From an uncultured Desulfospira sp. (GTDB taxonomy: Bacteria > Desulfobacterota > Desulfobacteria > Desulfobacterales > Desulfobacteraceae), in contig OY760175.1 of assembly GCA_963663165.1 (NCBI GenBank), positions 2,112,001 through 2,176,000 on the forward strand: 64,000 nt of DNA. Reading direction: 5' to 3'. The stretch's first letter is position 1; every line of letters begins with the position of its first letter. The notes below the pieces were generated by a model. It did no database searches. It worked only from the letters and a program-made list of their open reading frames with translations, and was not told the DNA's origin. Below are positions 25,040 to 34,902 of the stretch, piece by piece. A program made the position numbers and the translations under genes.

Positions 25040-25552
25040 TTATCGAAATATATATTTAACATCATCCGGTTGTTCCGTTGGATTCATACCCTTTGGTGCC
25101 TGAGTAGAACCACAAAGCCGCTGTAAAATATTACAGTAGTAAACTAACCCCGCATAGCCAAATAGTCCACCATGAAAAATTTGCGAAATAAAAAATCCAG
25201 ATGATAGAGAAACATAGGTAGAGATGATAACTTGATCATTTATATGAAAGAATCTGCAGCCTGCTGTAATTCTTTCATGATTTGTTGTGGGCCGAATGGG
25301 ATTAATAATCCACGCGGCCCATGGCCGTTAGTTACCATCAGTCTCCTTGCCTTAATCATTTGAACAACCAAATAAAGCATGACCAAAGGTATGCAGCCGC
25401 ATAAAAGATACCACTCTCAATTGCCATCTGCAGAAAACCGTTGTGAAATTTTCCAGGAAGATCCGGGAAGGTCATGATAAGCAAGATTGTACTTTTTCTG
25501 GTATGAATCTGGTTGTCTCATTTTCCAGTGCGCTTATGGACCAGAACCATTG
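25040..25552 (-). pseudogene. Degraded O-antigen ligase (WaaL/Wzy_C)-like fragment
   Basis: Minus strand encodes KFHNGFLQMAIESGIF and later hydrophobic segments, broken by stops and frameshifts. Confidence 0.55.
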
Positions 25553-25579
25553 GTCAAGCGGTGTTTTTCTTAATGGTAA

Positions 25580-27037
25580 CTACTCACCCCGGTCAAAATC
25601 GACACCGGGGATTTCACCTGCCAAAGCAAGCTGAATGGCAACAAGAGGATTCACGCCTTTGTTTGCCATGGTTTGCAGGTAGCTTGAAATTCGACAATAA
25701 GCATGAGCATATTGCTGACATCGAAAACAACCTGATATTTTCTGTTTTACCTTTGCCATCCGAAGATCGCGTTCTGCCCGATTATTAGTGAATGGAACAT
25801 ATGGGTCCTTGGCAAACAGCAAAACGGCCGCTTCATTATTTTTAAGCCTTTCCCACAAATTATGGGCATCTGATTTGGCCATTTTACCGCGTTTGCCTTT
25901 TGGTTTTGGCGGGATTTCCGGCAGCTCTTTATCACCTCGTGTAAGAATGTTACGGAATCGTTTTTGCAAATTAGCGTATTCTTTATCTGCCAAACACTTT
26001 TCTTCCCGCTTTGCTACTTTATGACAAGTTTCCTGTAAAAGCTTTTTCATATTAGCAGCCCACCTGTACTGATTGGATTCAACAATAAATGTCAGTTCCC
26101 TCAATAGATGGGAACCACAAAGTCCATGTCCACAATGATCGTACGACAGGTATGATGCCCAGCAATCGTGGATTATTACCCCGCCATAGCGGGGAATAAT
26201 ATTCAAATCGACTATCGCCTCCTTGCCTCGCTTTCGGTGAAGTAGCTTCAAGGTGGTGCCTCCGGAGGAATACACATGTATCCAGTGATTTTTTCGATCC
26301 ACCCGAAAGGATGTCTCGTCAACATGAATTGATGGGGCCTGAAGAATGTCTTCTATCGATTTGACCTCCCACCTTTCAAGTGCTTGATAAAGTCGCCAGA
26401 CAAACTTTAGAAGGGTTGCTTCTGAAATTACCACACCGATCATTGCAGAAATCTGCTTTTGAACTCGGTTGAGTGCAACCATTTGGCTGATGATCAAGTG
26501 AATGACAAATGCTTTGAGTCCATTCCCATATTGCAGAGGGCCTGGCATATCCTCTGGAAATTGTCCTTTGACCGTCGTGTTACAGTTGGGGCACTCTTTG
26601 ATTTCGGCATCAACATGATCCACGACTTTTTCAAAAATGATATCTATTTTGGTACGCCGCTCATATCCCTGGCAGGGTGCTTGATCAAGCGGCTGACCAC
26701 ATACATTACATGTTACAGCTTGCGCAACGGTGACGGTTGATTTTGTGCGGGCATTGCTAAGCTTACCGCTGACCTCTTTGCCCTTTCCTTTATTTCCAGG
26801 ATCTGATTTGGAGGTCTCATCCTTAGATGTTTGTGAAGACGGTAGACTTGAGTTTTTGTTATCTTTGCGGGTCTTTTTCTCAAGGAAGATAGATAGTATC
26901 AATTCCACAATAAGGAGCATGCTGTTCATCAGAGCCCGCATCTCAGGAGATACTTTGCCCTCAGCACAAAGATTTTCAAAATCCTTTTTTAGACGGGCTA
27001 TTTCTTCCCGAACACTATTTTTATCTACCGTTGCCAT
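25580..27037 (-). CDS. IS66-family transposase
   Basis: NSSLPSS, CxxC zinc motifs, HVDET, HDCW..Y, CGSHLLREL and FTNNRAERDLR motifs. Confidence 0.95.
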   Translation of the reverse strand: MATVDKNSVREEIARLKKDFENLCAEGKVSPEMRALMNSMLLIVELILSIFLEKKTRKDNKNSSLPSSQTSKDETSKSDPGNKGKGKEVSGKLSNARTKSTVTVAQAVTCNVCGQPLDQAPCQGYERRTKIDIIFEKVVDHVDAEIKECPNCNTTVKGQFPEDMPGPLQYGNGLKAFVIHLIISQMVALNRVQKQISAMIGVVISEATLLKFVWRLYQALERWEVKSIEDILQAPSIHVDETSFRVDRKNHWIHVYSSGGTTLKLLHRKRGKEAIVDLNIIPRYGGVIIHDCWASYLSYDHCGHGLCGSHLLRELTFIVESNQYRWAANMKKLLQETCHKVAKREEKCLADKEYANLQKRFRNILTRGDKELPEIPPKPKGKRGKMAKSDAHNLWERLKNNEAAVLLFAKDPYVPFTNNRAERDLRMAKVKQKISGCFRCQQYAHAYCRISSYLQTMANKGVNPLVAIQLALAGEIPGVDFDRGE

Positions 27038-27266
27038 GTCAGCATTATAACACGGGTTTTTGGCGGCTCGAGATTTGCTCTATAGCGGATTTTCTATGTA
27101 TTCGGCATCATCTGTCATGATTTTACGGTAAATTTCTGGATAAATAAGCGCCAGCATGCTTTAACAAAGGATTTGGTGACCATTTAAAAAATTTTAAAAT
27201 TGACCTCAAAAAACCTGTCAAGTCTTTTTTTTAAATTTTTACATTTTTTTATGGGGTGAGTAGTTA

Positions 27267-29144
27267 GTGCCTGACCGGAAACCCCGATTTTGAAATTTTC
27301 AGGGGGTCGATGTTTGACAAAACCTTAAATCTTTGTTGTTCCTGTCATCACAAACCGGGAGAAATGCTTCCATCTCTGCCGGTTTTCGGCAACTTTCTCC
27401 TTTTCCGGACGCAACTGTAGTGTTTGCCGTGTTTTTTTTAAGCAATGGCCTGTTTTAAGCTGCTTTGCGCTGTTCAGACCCTTGCAGCTTTTTTAATCCC
27501 TTTTGTTGTATGTGATGCCCGATGATCTGGAGATTTCTTGCCAAAACCGACAGGCTCACATACCTCTTAAACCCTTGAATGCCATGATCCGGGCATCTGT
27601 CAAGACCATGATTTTCCAGTCCGTTTATGGCAGATTCCACCGCTGAATGTTTTCTTTTAAAACGAATGAAATCTTCCGCTGTTTCTTCTTCATATTCCGC
27701 CTTGTTGCATCTGCCTTTTTTCGGAAGCACCAAAATATCCAATCTGCCCTTCAGGTCCTTTTTGTTGCCTGGAGAGTAAAACCCTTTATCAAAACTGCAT
27801 CCTTTGAGATCAGAAAATTTGCTTTGTGCCAATGTTACCATCGCAACGGCGACTTTATCATCGGTTTCTTTCTCCATCACCCGGTGGTGCAGGATAAAGC
27901 CATATTGGTCCTCCAGGATACATACCCGCAAGCCCAATTCCTGGGGAACACCGGCCTTGCCTTTTGAAATCCACTCCGTGTGGGGTTCGAAAATCGAAAA
28001 AATCTTGTCTTCATGGGGGATCTTTTCATCCTGTAACACCCGGCGTTTGATCAAATCAATTTGCCAAAGTGCGTAGTTGATATATGTTTGTAATTCTTCA
28101 GCTCGGGCTGCACATATAATATCGGATGCCGGTATCATTTCCACGGTCAATCGCGCCTTTTGAATATATTTTTCAGCAAGCTTGATATATGCTGTATGGG
28201 CATCCATAATTTGCTGGACTCTTTTGGCCTTTTTCTTTTCATCCTTTGATGTGGAATGTTTCAAACGCTGGACTATTCGATAAAGCTTTTTAAATGCTTT
28301 AATATTATACGCTGATTGCCGCCACATACTCGTTCCAATGTCCTGGCTGATAATAGCGGCAATTTGAATCATTTTTCGGACTGCATCAAAAAGCAGGTTG
28401 ATATCTGTGGGATAATGAACATTGGTTTCTACAACGAATGAATCACACCGCCCAATCAAGGCTCCATCGTCCGAAGTTTTTTTTTCATCAGAAGTTTATG
28501 GCCTTCTTGCACAACCAGAGTGTTGATTTTGTCAAGAATATCTGGGGTCATAAGCCTGACATTATCTTTCAGGGTCTGAAGGGGGTAGGCGATATCATTG
28601 TCCATCATGCCATGCCCCAGCATCTGCCTTATTGTTTTGTGGTTGTTCACCATTTCCTGGAGTTTATCATAATCCCAATTGCAATTGAGCCGAATGACGC
28701 CCATTACAAGGATCTTCCACAGGTCCATACCGGGACGTCCATTTTTAGAATCGGTACTTTCTGGGATCATGTCCGTGAGGATATCAAAAACTTTTTGTCG
28801 AAGACTCTGGTCGCAATAGATATGTTGGAGTCCCAAAAGAAGTTTGGGGATTTCATCCCTGGCTCTCATATCAATTTTAATTTGATCGATAGGGGTCTGC
28901 CCGAATGTCATCTGTAGTTCAAAAATTTTACGCAAAACGACCTCGAAGTTCTGATGGAATGTTGAAGTTTGAATTACTATTGGCTTGTCTCACAAAACAT
29001 AAATCCTATATAATTTTATAGGGTTAGATTAACATAGTAATTAGTAAAAAGCAACAAGTAATTCATATCACAACAGAAACTTCAAACGAATTTCAGCCCA
29101 GATACCCCTGGAAAATATGATGGTTCCAATTTCCGGTCAGGCAC
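27267..29144 (-). mobile_element. ISNCY/IS5-like insertion sequence (1878 bp) nested in the IS66 end
   Basis: Perfect 15-bp TIR GTGCCTGACCGGAAA / TTTCCGGTCAGGCAC. 6-bp direct repeat TAGTTA at 27261-27266 and 29145-29150. Confidence 0.93.
27455..28935 (-). CDS. DDE transposase split into two ORFs joined by a -1 frameshift at an A9 tract
   Basis: ORF 28935-28456 (GRPGMDLW) and ORF 28459-27455 (DSFVVETNVHYPTD, FDKGF, HSAVESAIN) overlap in the -1 frame. A9 lies at 28477-28485. Confidence 0.88.
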
Positions 29145-30367
29145 TAGTTACTCTTAATGATCGATTTCATCCACCCTTCCAGACGATCAATTAATTTCTT
29201 TCGATCAAACTCATTCACTGCAAATTGCTTTCCATTCGTCCCCATCTGGCATCTTTTTTCGTCAGGCAGCTCAGACATTTCCGTAACCGCAACAGCAAGC
29301 CCTGTCCCATCTCCTGCCCGGCATACAATCCCTGCGCCGGTTTCTTTTAAAATCGAGGCACCCTCGCCGTCCAACATACCAATGATCGGGAGTCCAAACA
29401 TCAAATATGATTGAAGTTTTCCAGGAATCGTCAATGACATAAACGGATCCGGTTTAAGTGATACCAGCAGCGCCTGGGCATGTTTATAAAAAGAAGGCAT
29501 CCGATCAACGGGGAATCGGCCTGCCAAAAGAAACGATTTATCGACTTTTCTTTTTTTAACCTCATCCTTTAACCATTCACTCTTGCGACCGGATCCAACA
29601 ATCAGCCATCGAATTTTTTCATTATCCTTTAAACTCTCCGCCGCATCCAAGATGGCACCAAAATCCTGGGCCTCCCCAATATTTCCTGCGAACATCAGGT
29701 TAAATCGGTCCGGCTCAAAGGGTATTTCGGGTGCAGGGCTGGTGCCTGGTTCTTGAAAAACAGACTCTGCCCAACTTGGGAAATATTTTATCTTTGTCTC
29801 ATCAGGGCAGTACCTTGCGATTTGCTTTAGAAATCCCTTTGATTGTCCAAGAATCAAATCACAATTTTTATAAATAAATCCCACCATCTTCCCGACTACA
29901 CCCAACAAAAATGGTGCTTTCACAGCATTGACGGCAGACAATGTTTCAGGCCACAAATCCAAAACCCAAAATACAATCGGGACTTTTTTAATCTTTTTTA
30001 AAACAACTGCAGGCAATCCAACCGTTACTGGCGATGGTTCAAAAACAAAAATAACATCAAACTTTTGTCTTCTTAATTTCCATGTACCGAAAACCGCCGC
30101 AAAAATAACGAAACTCAAATAATTCAATAATAGGCGGATTCCCCCTTTTCCTCGTGGAAACAAAGGCACCCTTATAACTTCGACGGATTGATATGTTGTG
30201 AATGCTTTCGGATTTTTGCGAAACTCAGGATAAACTTTTCCTACCGGGTAGTTAGGAATACCTGTAAGAACGGTTATTTCATGCCCCCTCTTAACAAACT
30301 CCTGAACTAAATCATTGACACGAAAGTTTTCCGGCCAGAAATATTGGGAGACAACTAAAATGCGCAT
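29144..30367 (-). CDS. GT4 glycosyltransferase, WbuB/WbjE-like (putative L-FucNAc transferase)
   Basis: MRILVVSQYFWPE, DLWPE, FAGNIGEAQ and PGKLQSY motifs. Follows fnlABC. The stop codon now comes from the IS junction. Confidence 0.88.
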   Translation of the reverse strand: MRILVVSQYFWPENFRVNDLVQEFVKRGHEITVLTGIPNYPVGKVYPEFRKNPKAFTTYQSVEVIRVPLFPRGKGGIRLLLNYLSFVIFAAVFGTWKLRRQKFDVIFVFEPSPVTVGLPAVVLKKIKKVPIVFWVLDLWPETLSAVNAVKAPFLLGVVGKMVGFIYKNCDLILGQSKGFLKQIARYCPDETKIKYFPSWAESVFQEPGTSPAPEIPFEPDRFNLMFAGNIGEAQDFGAILDAAESLKDNEKIRWLIVGSGRKSEWLKDEVKKRKVDKSFLLAGRFPVDRMPSFYKHAQALLVSLKPDPFMSLTIPGKLQSYLMFGLPIIGMLDGEGASILKETGAGIVCRAGDGTGLAVAVTEMSELPDEKRCQMGTNGKQFAVNEFDRKKLIDRLEGWMKSIIKSN

Positions 30368-30371
30368 TAAA

Positions 30372-31499
30372 CTATGCCCGCCAGACAACTCGTTTGATAT
30401 AATCCGTATAACTTAGAATGATTCTAAGGACCTTGTCAGAAACATTTGGCATTGCGTAGTCTGAAACTTTGCGCAATAACCGTTCCTTCCCCCGCGGCTG
30501 ATCAGCCAAAATTTCAAGCCCTTGCATAACCCTTGCTACAGACAAACCTGTCATCATTACAGCAGCCTCCTCCATTCCCTCGGGACGCTCATGGGCCTCA
30601 CGGATATTTAACGCCGGGAAATTCAGTATGGAAGATTCCTCCGTTATTGTACCGCTATCAGACAAGACAGCTTTTGCATTTACCTGGAGGTTCACATAAT
30701 CTAAAAACCCAAGGGGCTTAAGAATTCGTACGTGGTCATGAACTCTGATATTCTTTTGTTCAAAACGGGCTCTTGTTCTTGGATGAGCCGACATAACAAC
30801 CGGCATGTCGTGTTGCCCCGCAACTTCATTGATAATATCAGCTAGTTTCTCCAGGTGATCATCTGAATCCACGTTTTCTTCCCTATGAGCGCTCACCACA
30901 AAATACTTTTCTTCCTTGAGCCCTAATTTTTGGATCACACCAGATTTGCTTATATCGTCCTGATAGTAGCTAATCACCTCATTCATAGGACTTCCCGTTT
31001 TAATGACCCGATCAGCAGGAAGCCCTTCCCTTAAAAGGTATTCCCTGGCAATATCACTATAGGTCATATTAAGATCTGCTATGTGATCAACAATCTTTCT
31101 ATTTGTTTCTTCCGGGACTCTCTGATCAAAACAGCGATTGCCGGCTTCCATATGGAATATTGGTATCTTTCTTCGCTTTGCAGGAATACAGGCAAGGCAG
31201 CTGTTTGTATCCCCAAGCACTAACAAGGCTTCAGGACGCACTTTTTCCATTATCCCATCGGCATCAATAATTATATTTCCTATCGTTAATACGGGACTGC
31301 CCTTTGCTGAATTTAAGTAAAAATCCGGTTTCCGGATGCCAAGATCTTTAAAAAAGATTTCATTAAGCTCATAATCATAATTTTGCCCTGTGTGGACCAG
31401 AATATGGTCGCAGTATTGATCCAATTTTGCCAACACCCGGGACAGTCTTATGATCTCAGGACGGGTACCAACAACCGTCATGATCTTTATTTTTTTCAT
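30372..31499 (-). CDS. fnlC: Non-hydrolysing UDP-HexNAc 2-epimerase, FnlC/WbjD type
   Basis: GTRPEIIRLS, HTGQNYD, HMEAGNR, HREEN, SDSGTITEE and ERPEG motifs. Confidence 0.9.
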   Translation of the reverse strand: MKKIKIMTVVGTRPEIIRLSRVLAKLDQYCDHILVHTGQNYDYELNEIFFKDLGIRKPDFYLNSAKGSPVLTIGNIIIDADGIMEKVRPEALLVLGDTNSCLACIPAKRRKIPIFHMEAGNRCFDQRVPEETNRKIVDHIADLNMTYSDIAREYLLREGLPADRVIKTGSPMNEVISYYQDDISKSGVIQKLGLKEEKYFVVSAHREENVDSDDHLEKLADIINEVAGQHDMPVVMSAHPRTRARFEQKNIRVHDHVRILKPLGFLDYVNLQVNAKAVLSDSGTITEESSILNFPALNIREAHERPEGMEEAAVMMTGLSVARVMQGLEILADQPRGKERLLRKVSDYAMPNVSDKVLRIILSYTDYIKRVVWRA

Positions 31500-32605
31500 T
31501 CACCCATCCTAAAAGAGTATGTATCAGGATTTCCTTGATCAAAAATTTCATTGGCCCAGAGCAATACGACCATTAGTGTATCCCCTGTATTGGTAATATC
31601 ATGGGCCCATCCCGGTATTGTTTCAATAACTTCAGGATGCTGTTGGGTCACATTCACGGTTTTCTTTTCACCCGTTTCGATATTTTCAAACCTGAACATG
31701 GCCTGACCTTTTACCACGAGAAATTTTTCATTTTTGGTATGATGATAGTGCCCCCCCCGTGTTACGCCCGGGTGGGCCGTAAAATATGAAAACTGGCCGG
31801 AGTCTTGAGTTTTAAGCACTTCAACAAAATCTCCCCGGTCATCACCATGCTTTTCTAGAGGATATCGAAATGTGTCCGGCTTTAAATAAGACAAATAAGT
31901 GGCATAAAGGGCCCTTACAAACCCCTTTCCTACCGCTTGAGTCGTCAGGTTTTTTCTGCTGTCGGCAAATCGGCGAACCTGGTCTGCCAATTGCCCTAAG
32001 CTGGTTTGATATACCGGCGAGATTTCACAAAAGCCTGGGGTCTTTTTGCCTCTTAAAACCGTGATAATATCATTCACAACATCATCAATATAGACCAGGC
32101 TCAATTTTGTCTTTGGATCGTTGATGGTAATCGGCAACCCATTGGCAATGTTATGACAAAACGTTGCCACCACAGAATTATACTCAGGGCGGCCCCACTT
32201 TCCAAAAACATTTGTAAACCGGTAAAGATAAACATCGCTGCCGGTTTTTGCGCCATAGGTTTCAATTACTTTTTCTGCCGCCCGTTTTGATTTACCGTAG
32301 GGAGAATCGTTTTCGGCCTGAATTGAAGATGAATAGACAATGGGGATTTTCTTGGGGGATGTGGTCAGCGCATCACACAATGTTTCGGTAAGATTTACAT
32401 TTCCATGAACAAATTCGACATCATTCTCAGGCCGGTTAATACCGGCCAGATGGACAACCCAGTCTGCCTTGGGTGCGATTTCTTTTAATTGCTCCAAATT
32501 ATTTTCCCGGGTAAATTTCGAGGTCTCAATCCCATCTATCTCCTTGAGTCTGCAAATGAGATTGCGCCCCATAAACCCGTCAGCACCAGTAACCAATACC
32601 TGCAT
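31496..32605 (-). CDS. fnlB: UDP-2-acetamido-2,6-dideoxy-hexulose reductase with C-terminal cupin, FnlB/WbjC/CapF type
   Basis: TGADGFMGRNL, HLAGINRP, NVFGKW.RP.YNSVVATFC and RGGHYHHTKNEKF motifs. Confidence 0.92.
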   Translation of the reverse strand: MQVLVTGADGFMGRNLICRLKEIDGIETSKFTRENNLEQLKEIAPKADWVVHLAGINRPENDVEFVHGNVNLTETLCDALTTSPKKIPIVYSSSIQAENDSPYGKSKRAAEKVIETYGAKTGSDVYLYRFTNVFGKWGRPEYNSVVATFCHNIANGLPITINDPKTKLSLVYIDDVVNDIITVLRGKKTPGFCEISPVYQTSLGQLADQVRRFADSRKNLTTQAVGKGFVRALYATYLSYLKPDTFRYPLEKHGDDRGDFVEVLKTQDSGQFSYFTAHPGVTRGGHYHHTKNEKFLVVKGQAMFRFENIETGEKKTVNVTQQHPEVIETIPGWAHDITNTGDTLMVVLLWANEIFDQGNPDTYSFRMGE

Positions 32606-33639
32606 TATTCCTCCGGGTCCACCTGCTCCCCCTTAAGGGTTGCCTGAATAAATTTAAGTTTCATAAGCAGTGTTTTCATCTCCTGGATATTCAGCCGATC
32701 CGTGTTATCCGAGTTATATTCCCCGGCGATGGTTATTTTTTCCTCACCCTGATCAAAAAACTTATTGTAATTGAGATCCCTTCGATCCGGGGGAATCCTA
32801 AAATAACTGCCAAGGTCTTCTGCATTGGCCATCTCTTCACGGCTAAGCAAAGACTCATATCGTTTTTCTCCATGACGGGTGCCGATAATTCGAGGTTTGA
32901 TATTTGGATCTTGCCCAAGCAGTTCGGTTAAGGCTTTGGATAGGACCTCAATGGTAGCAGCAGGAGATTTTTGGACAAAAATCTCACCGGGCCTGCCATG
33001 TTCAAATGCGTACAATACCAAATCAACCGCATCATCCAGGGTCATCATGAACCGGGTCATGTTTGGATCGGTTATGGTCAATGGCCGCCCCTGTTTGATC
33101 TGCTCTACAAAAAGAGGGATAACAGACCCCCTTGATGCCATTACATTCCCGTATCGTGTACCGCAAATAACCGTTTCATCACCACCTTCCCGGGATTTTG
33201 CAATAAAGACCTTTTCCATCATGGCCTTTGACATTCCCATGGCATTGACAGGATATACCGCTTTATCAGTACTCAGACAGATGACCCGTTTGACACCGGC
33301 ATTAATAGCAGCGGTCAATACATTTTCCGTACCAAATATATTGGTTTTAGCGGCTTCAATGGGATAAAACTCACAGGACGGTACCTGTTTTAGTGCAGCT
33401 GCATGAAAAATATAATCTACCCCCCGCACCGCTTTCATAATCGAGTTGTAATCCCGGACATCTCCAATATAAAATTGTAGTCGTGAATTTTCATACCTGC
33501 GGCGCATATCATCTTGCTTTTTTTCATCCCGACTTAAAATTCGTATCTGCCTGATATCGGAATCAAGAAAACGACGCAGGACCGCATTGCCAAAAGATCC
33601 TGTACCACCGGTAATAAGCAGTGACCTGCCCAAAAACAT
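32605..33639 (-). CDS. fnlA: UDP-GlcNAc 4,6-dehydratase/epimerase, FnlA/WbjB/CapE type
   Basis: ITGGTGSFG, SRDEKKQDDMR, HAAALKQVPSCEF and TRYGNVMASRGSV motifs. Confidence 0.93.
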   Translation of the reverse strand: MFLGRSLLITGGTGSFGNAVLRRFLDSDIRQIRILSRDEKKQDDMRRRYENSRLQFYIGDVRDYNSIMKAVRGVDYIFHAAALKQVPSCEFYPIEAAKTNIFGTENVLTAAINAGVKRVICLSTDKAVYPVNAMGMSKAMMEKVFIAKSREGGDETVICGTRYGNVMASRGSVIPLFVEQIKQGRPLTITDPNMTRFMMTLDDAVDLVLYAFEHGRPGEIFVQKSPAATIEVLSKALTELLGQDPNIKPRIIGTRHGEKRYESLLSREEMANAEDLGSYFRIPPDRRDLNYNKFFDQGEEKITIAGEYNSDNTDRLNIQEMKTLLMKLKFIQATLKGEQVDPEE

Positions 33640-33716
33640 TATTTACTTCCTTATTTTTCCCCAAAGGGTTGTGTTTCCAACAGACTCTTGTTTCAAACCA
33701 TTTGCCTGTAATTAAA

Positions 33717-34871
33717 TTACAGGCCCATTATCTGGGTATATGCTTTCTTATGGTTTTGTGTGCATATATTGATGTCCAGATGCCCAAGTACCGTTTGCCG
33801 GGCATTTAGGCCAAAAACATTTCTTTTATCATCATCTTTTAACAAAAGGCCAACTTTATCACTGAGCTCATGTGGATTTCCGGCAGACACAATATACCCG
33901 TTGACCCCATTGTTTATGAACCGTGGCACATCCCCCACATCTGTTGAAACTATGGCTTTTTCCATACTCATGGCTTCCCAGACAGAAATTGGCGATGCCT
34001 CCGTAACAGAAGCACATACATAGATATCTGCGCTTTTCAATATCCCGGCCACGTTATCGCTGGCCCCATAAAAGTGACAATTTTTAAGCTGATATTCTTC
34101 AATAAGCATTTTGAGACCCTCCAGATAATTTTTCTGGCTAGTCAGGCCAGGTCCCACAATCCAGAAAACCAAATTTGAATATTTTTTATTCAATTGGCTG
34201 GCCATTTGTATAAAATACTCAAATCCTTTGCACGGATTGATATTGCCCACCGAAACGATATGAACACCGGAATATTCTGATATTTTATTATCTTTTTCTA
34301 TCTTATGCGGTTCAAAGACAGAACAGTCCACCGGCGCCTGGATTTCAAAAATCGGTTTTTTCTTCCCCAATTTCAGTTGGTCTACATAGTAATTTTTCAC
34401 CCTTTGGCCAGCCACAATAAAACCATTGGCACAATAAGTTGAAATCACTTTAAAAAGGAGTTTCACATAACGGGGCATATCAGTATCGTTAAGATGCCAG
34501 AGAACTTTGCAACCCGCCAGCCTACCGGCGATTACACCTTTATACTGCCAGCTTCCCCCGCTGACATGGAGAACATCAAATTTGCCTTTCCTTAAAACCC
34601 GATAGACAGACAGCACCTCATAAGGAAAACACAGGATATATTTAGATAGATCCTGCCATCTTCTTGACAACCGGTGAAGAGGCATCAGACATTTTTCAAT
34701 TCCATATTTTTCTAATTTTTGAACAAATGCATTACTGTCCGTTGACGGACAGATAACAACCGTTTCACAATGGTATTGTTTCAAGCGCCTGGCCACTTCC
34801 GCAATCCGGATCTGAGGGCCCCCAAGCCGCCCTTCTTCAATAATATTGGCTATCTTTATTCTCTTTTCCAT
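33717..34871 (-). CDS. GT4 family glycosyltransferase
   Basis: GGPQ near the N-terminus, VGNINPCKG and EASPISVWEAM...STDVG (EX7E). Confidence 0.9.
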   Translation of the reverse strand: MEKRIKIANIIEEGRLGGPQIRIAEVARRLKQYHCETVVICPSTDSNAFVQKLEKYGIEKCLMPLHRLSRRWQDLSKYILCFPYEVLSVYRVLRKGKFDVLHVSGGSWQYKGVIAGRLAGCKVLWHLNDTDMPRYVKLLFKVISTYCANGFIVAGQRVKNYYVDQLKLGKKKPIFEIQAPVDCSVFEPHKIEKDNKISEYSGVHIVSVGNINPCKGFEYFIQMASQLNKKYSNLVFWIVGPGLTSQKNYLEGLKMLIEEYQLKNCHFYGASDNVAGILKSADIYVCASVTEASPISVWEAMSMEKAIVSTDVGDVPRFINNGVNGYIVSAGNPHELSDKVGLLLKDDDKRNVFGLNARQTVLGHLDINICTQNHKKAYTQIMGL

Positions 34872-34902
34872 TGTTCAAAATTGGTTCAGGCTTTCACAAT
34901 TT

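Larger units (their letters stand above)
25576..29151 (-). mobile_element. IS66-family element (single-ORF type, about 1692 bp) interrupted in its upstream terminal repeat
   Basis: TIR GTAACTACTCACCCC at 25576-25590. The opposite TIR is split between 27253-27266 and 29145-29151. 8-bp direct repeat TCTTAATG at 25568-25575 and 29152-29159. Confidence 0.93.

Noticed and set aside
25329..25335. TAGTTAC matching the IS66 tip inside the ligase remnant
   Set aside because: Only 7 bp, with no partner end or target duplication.
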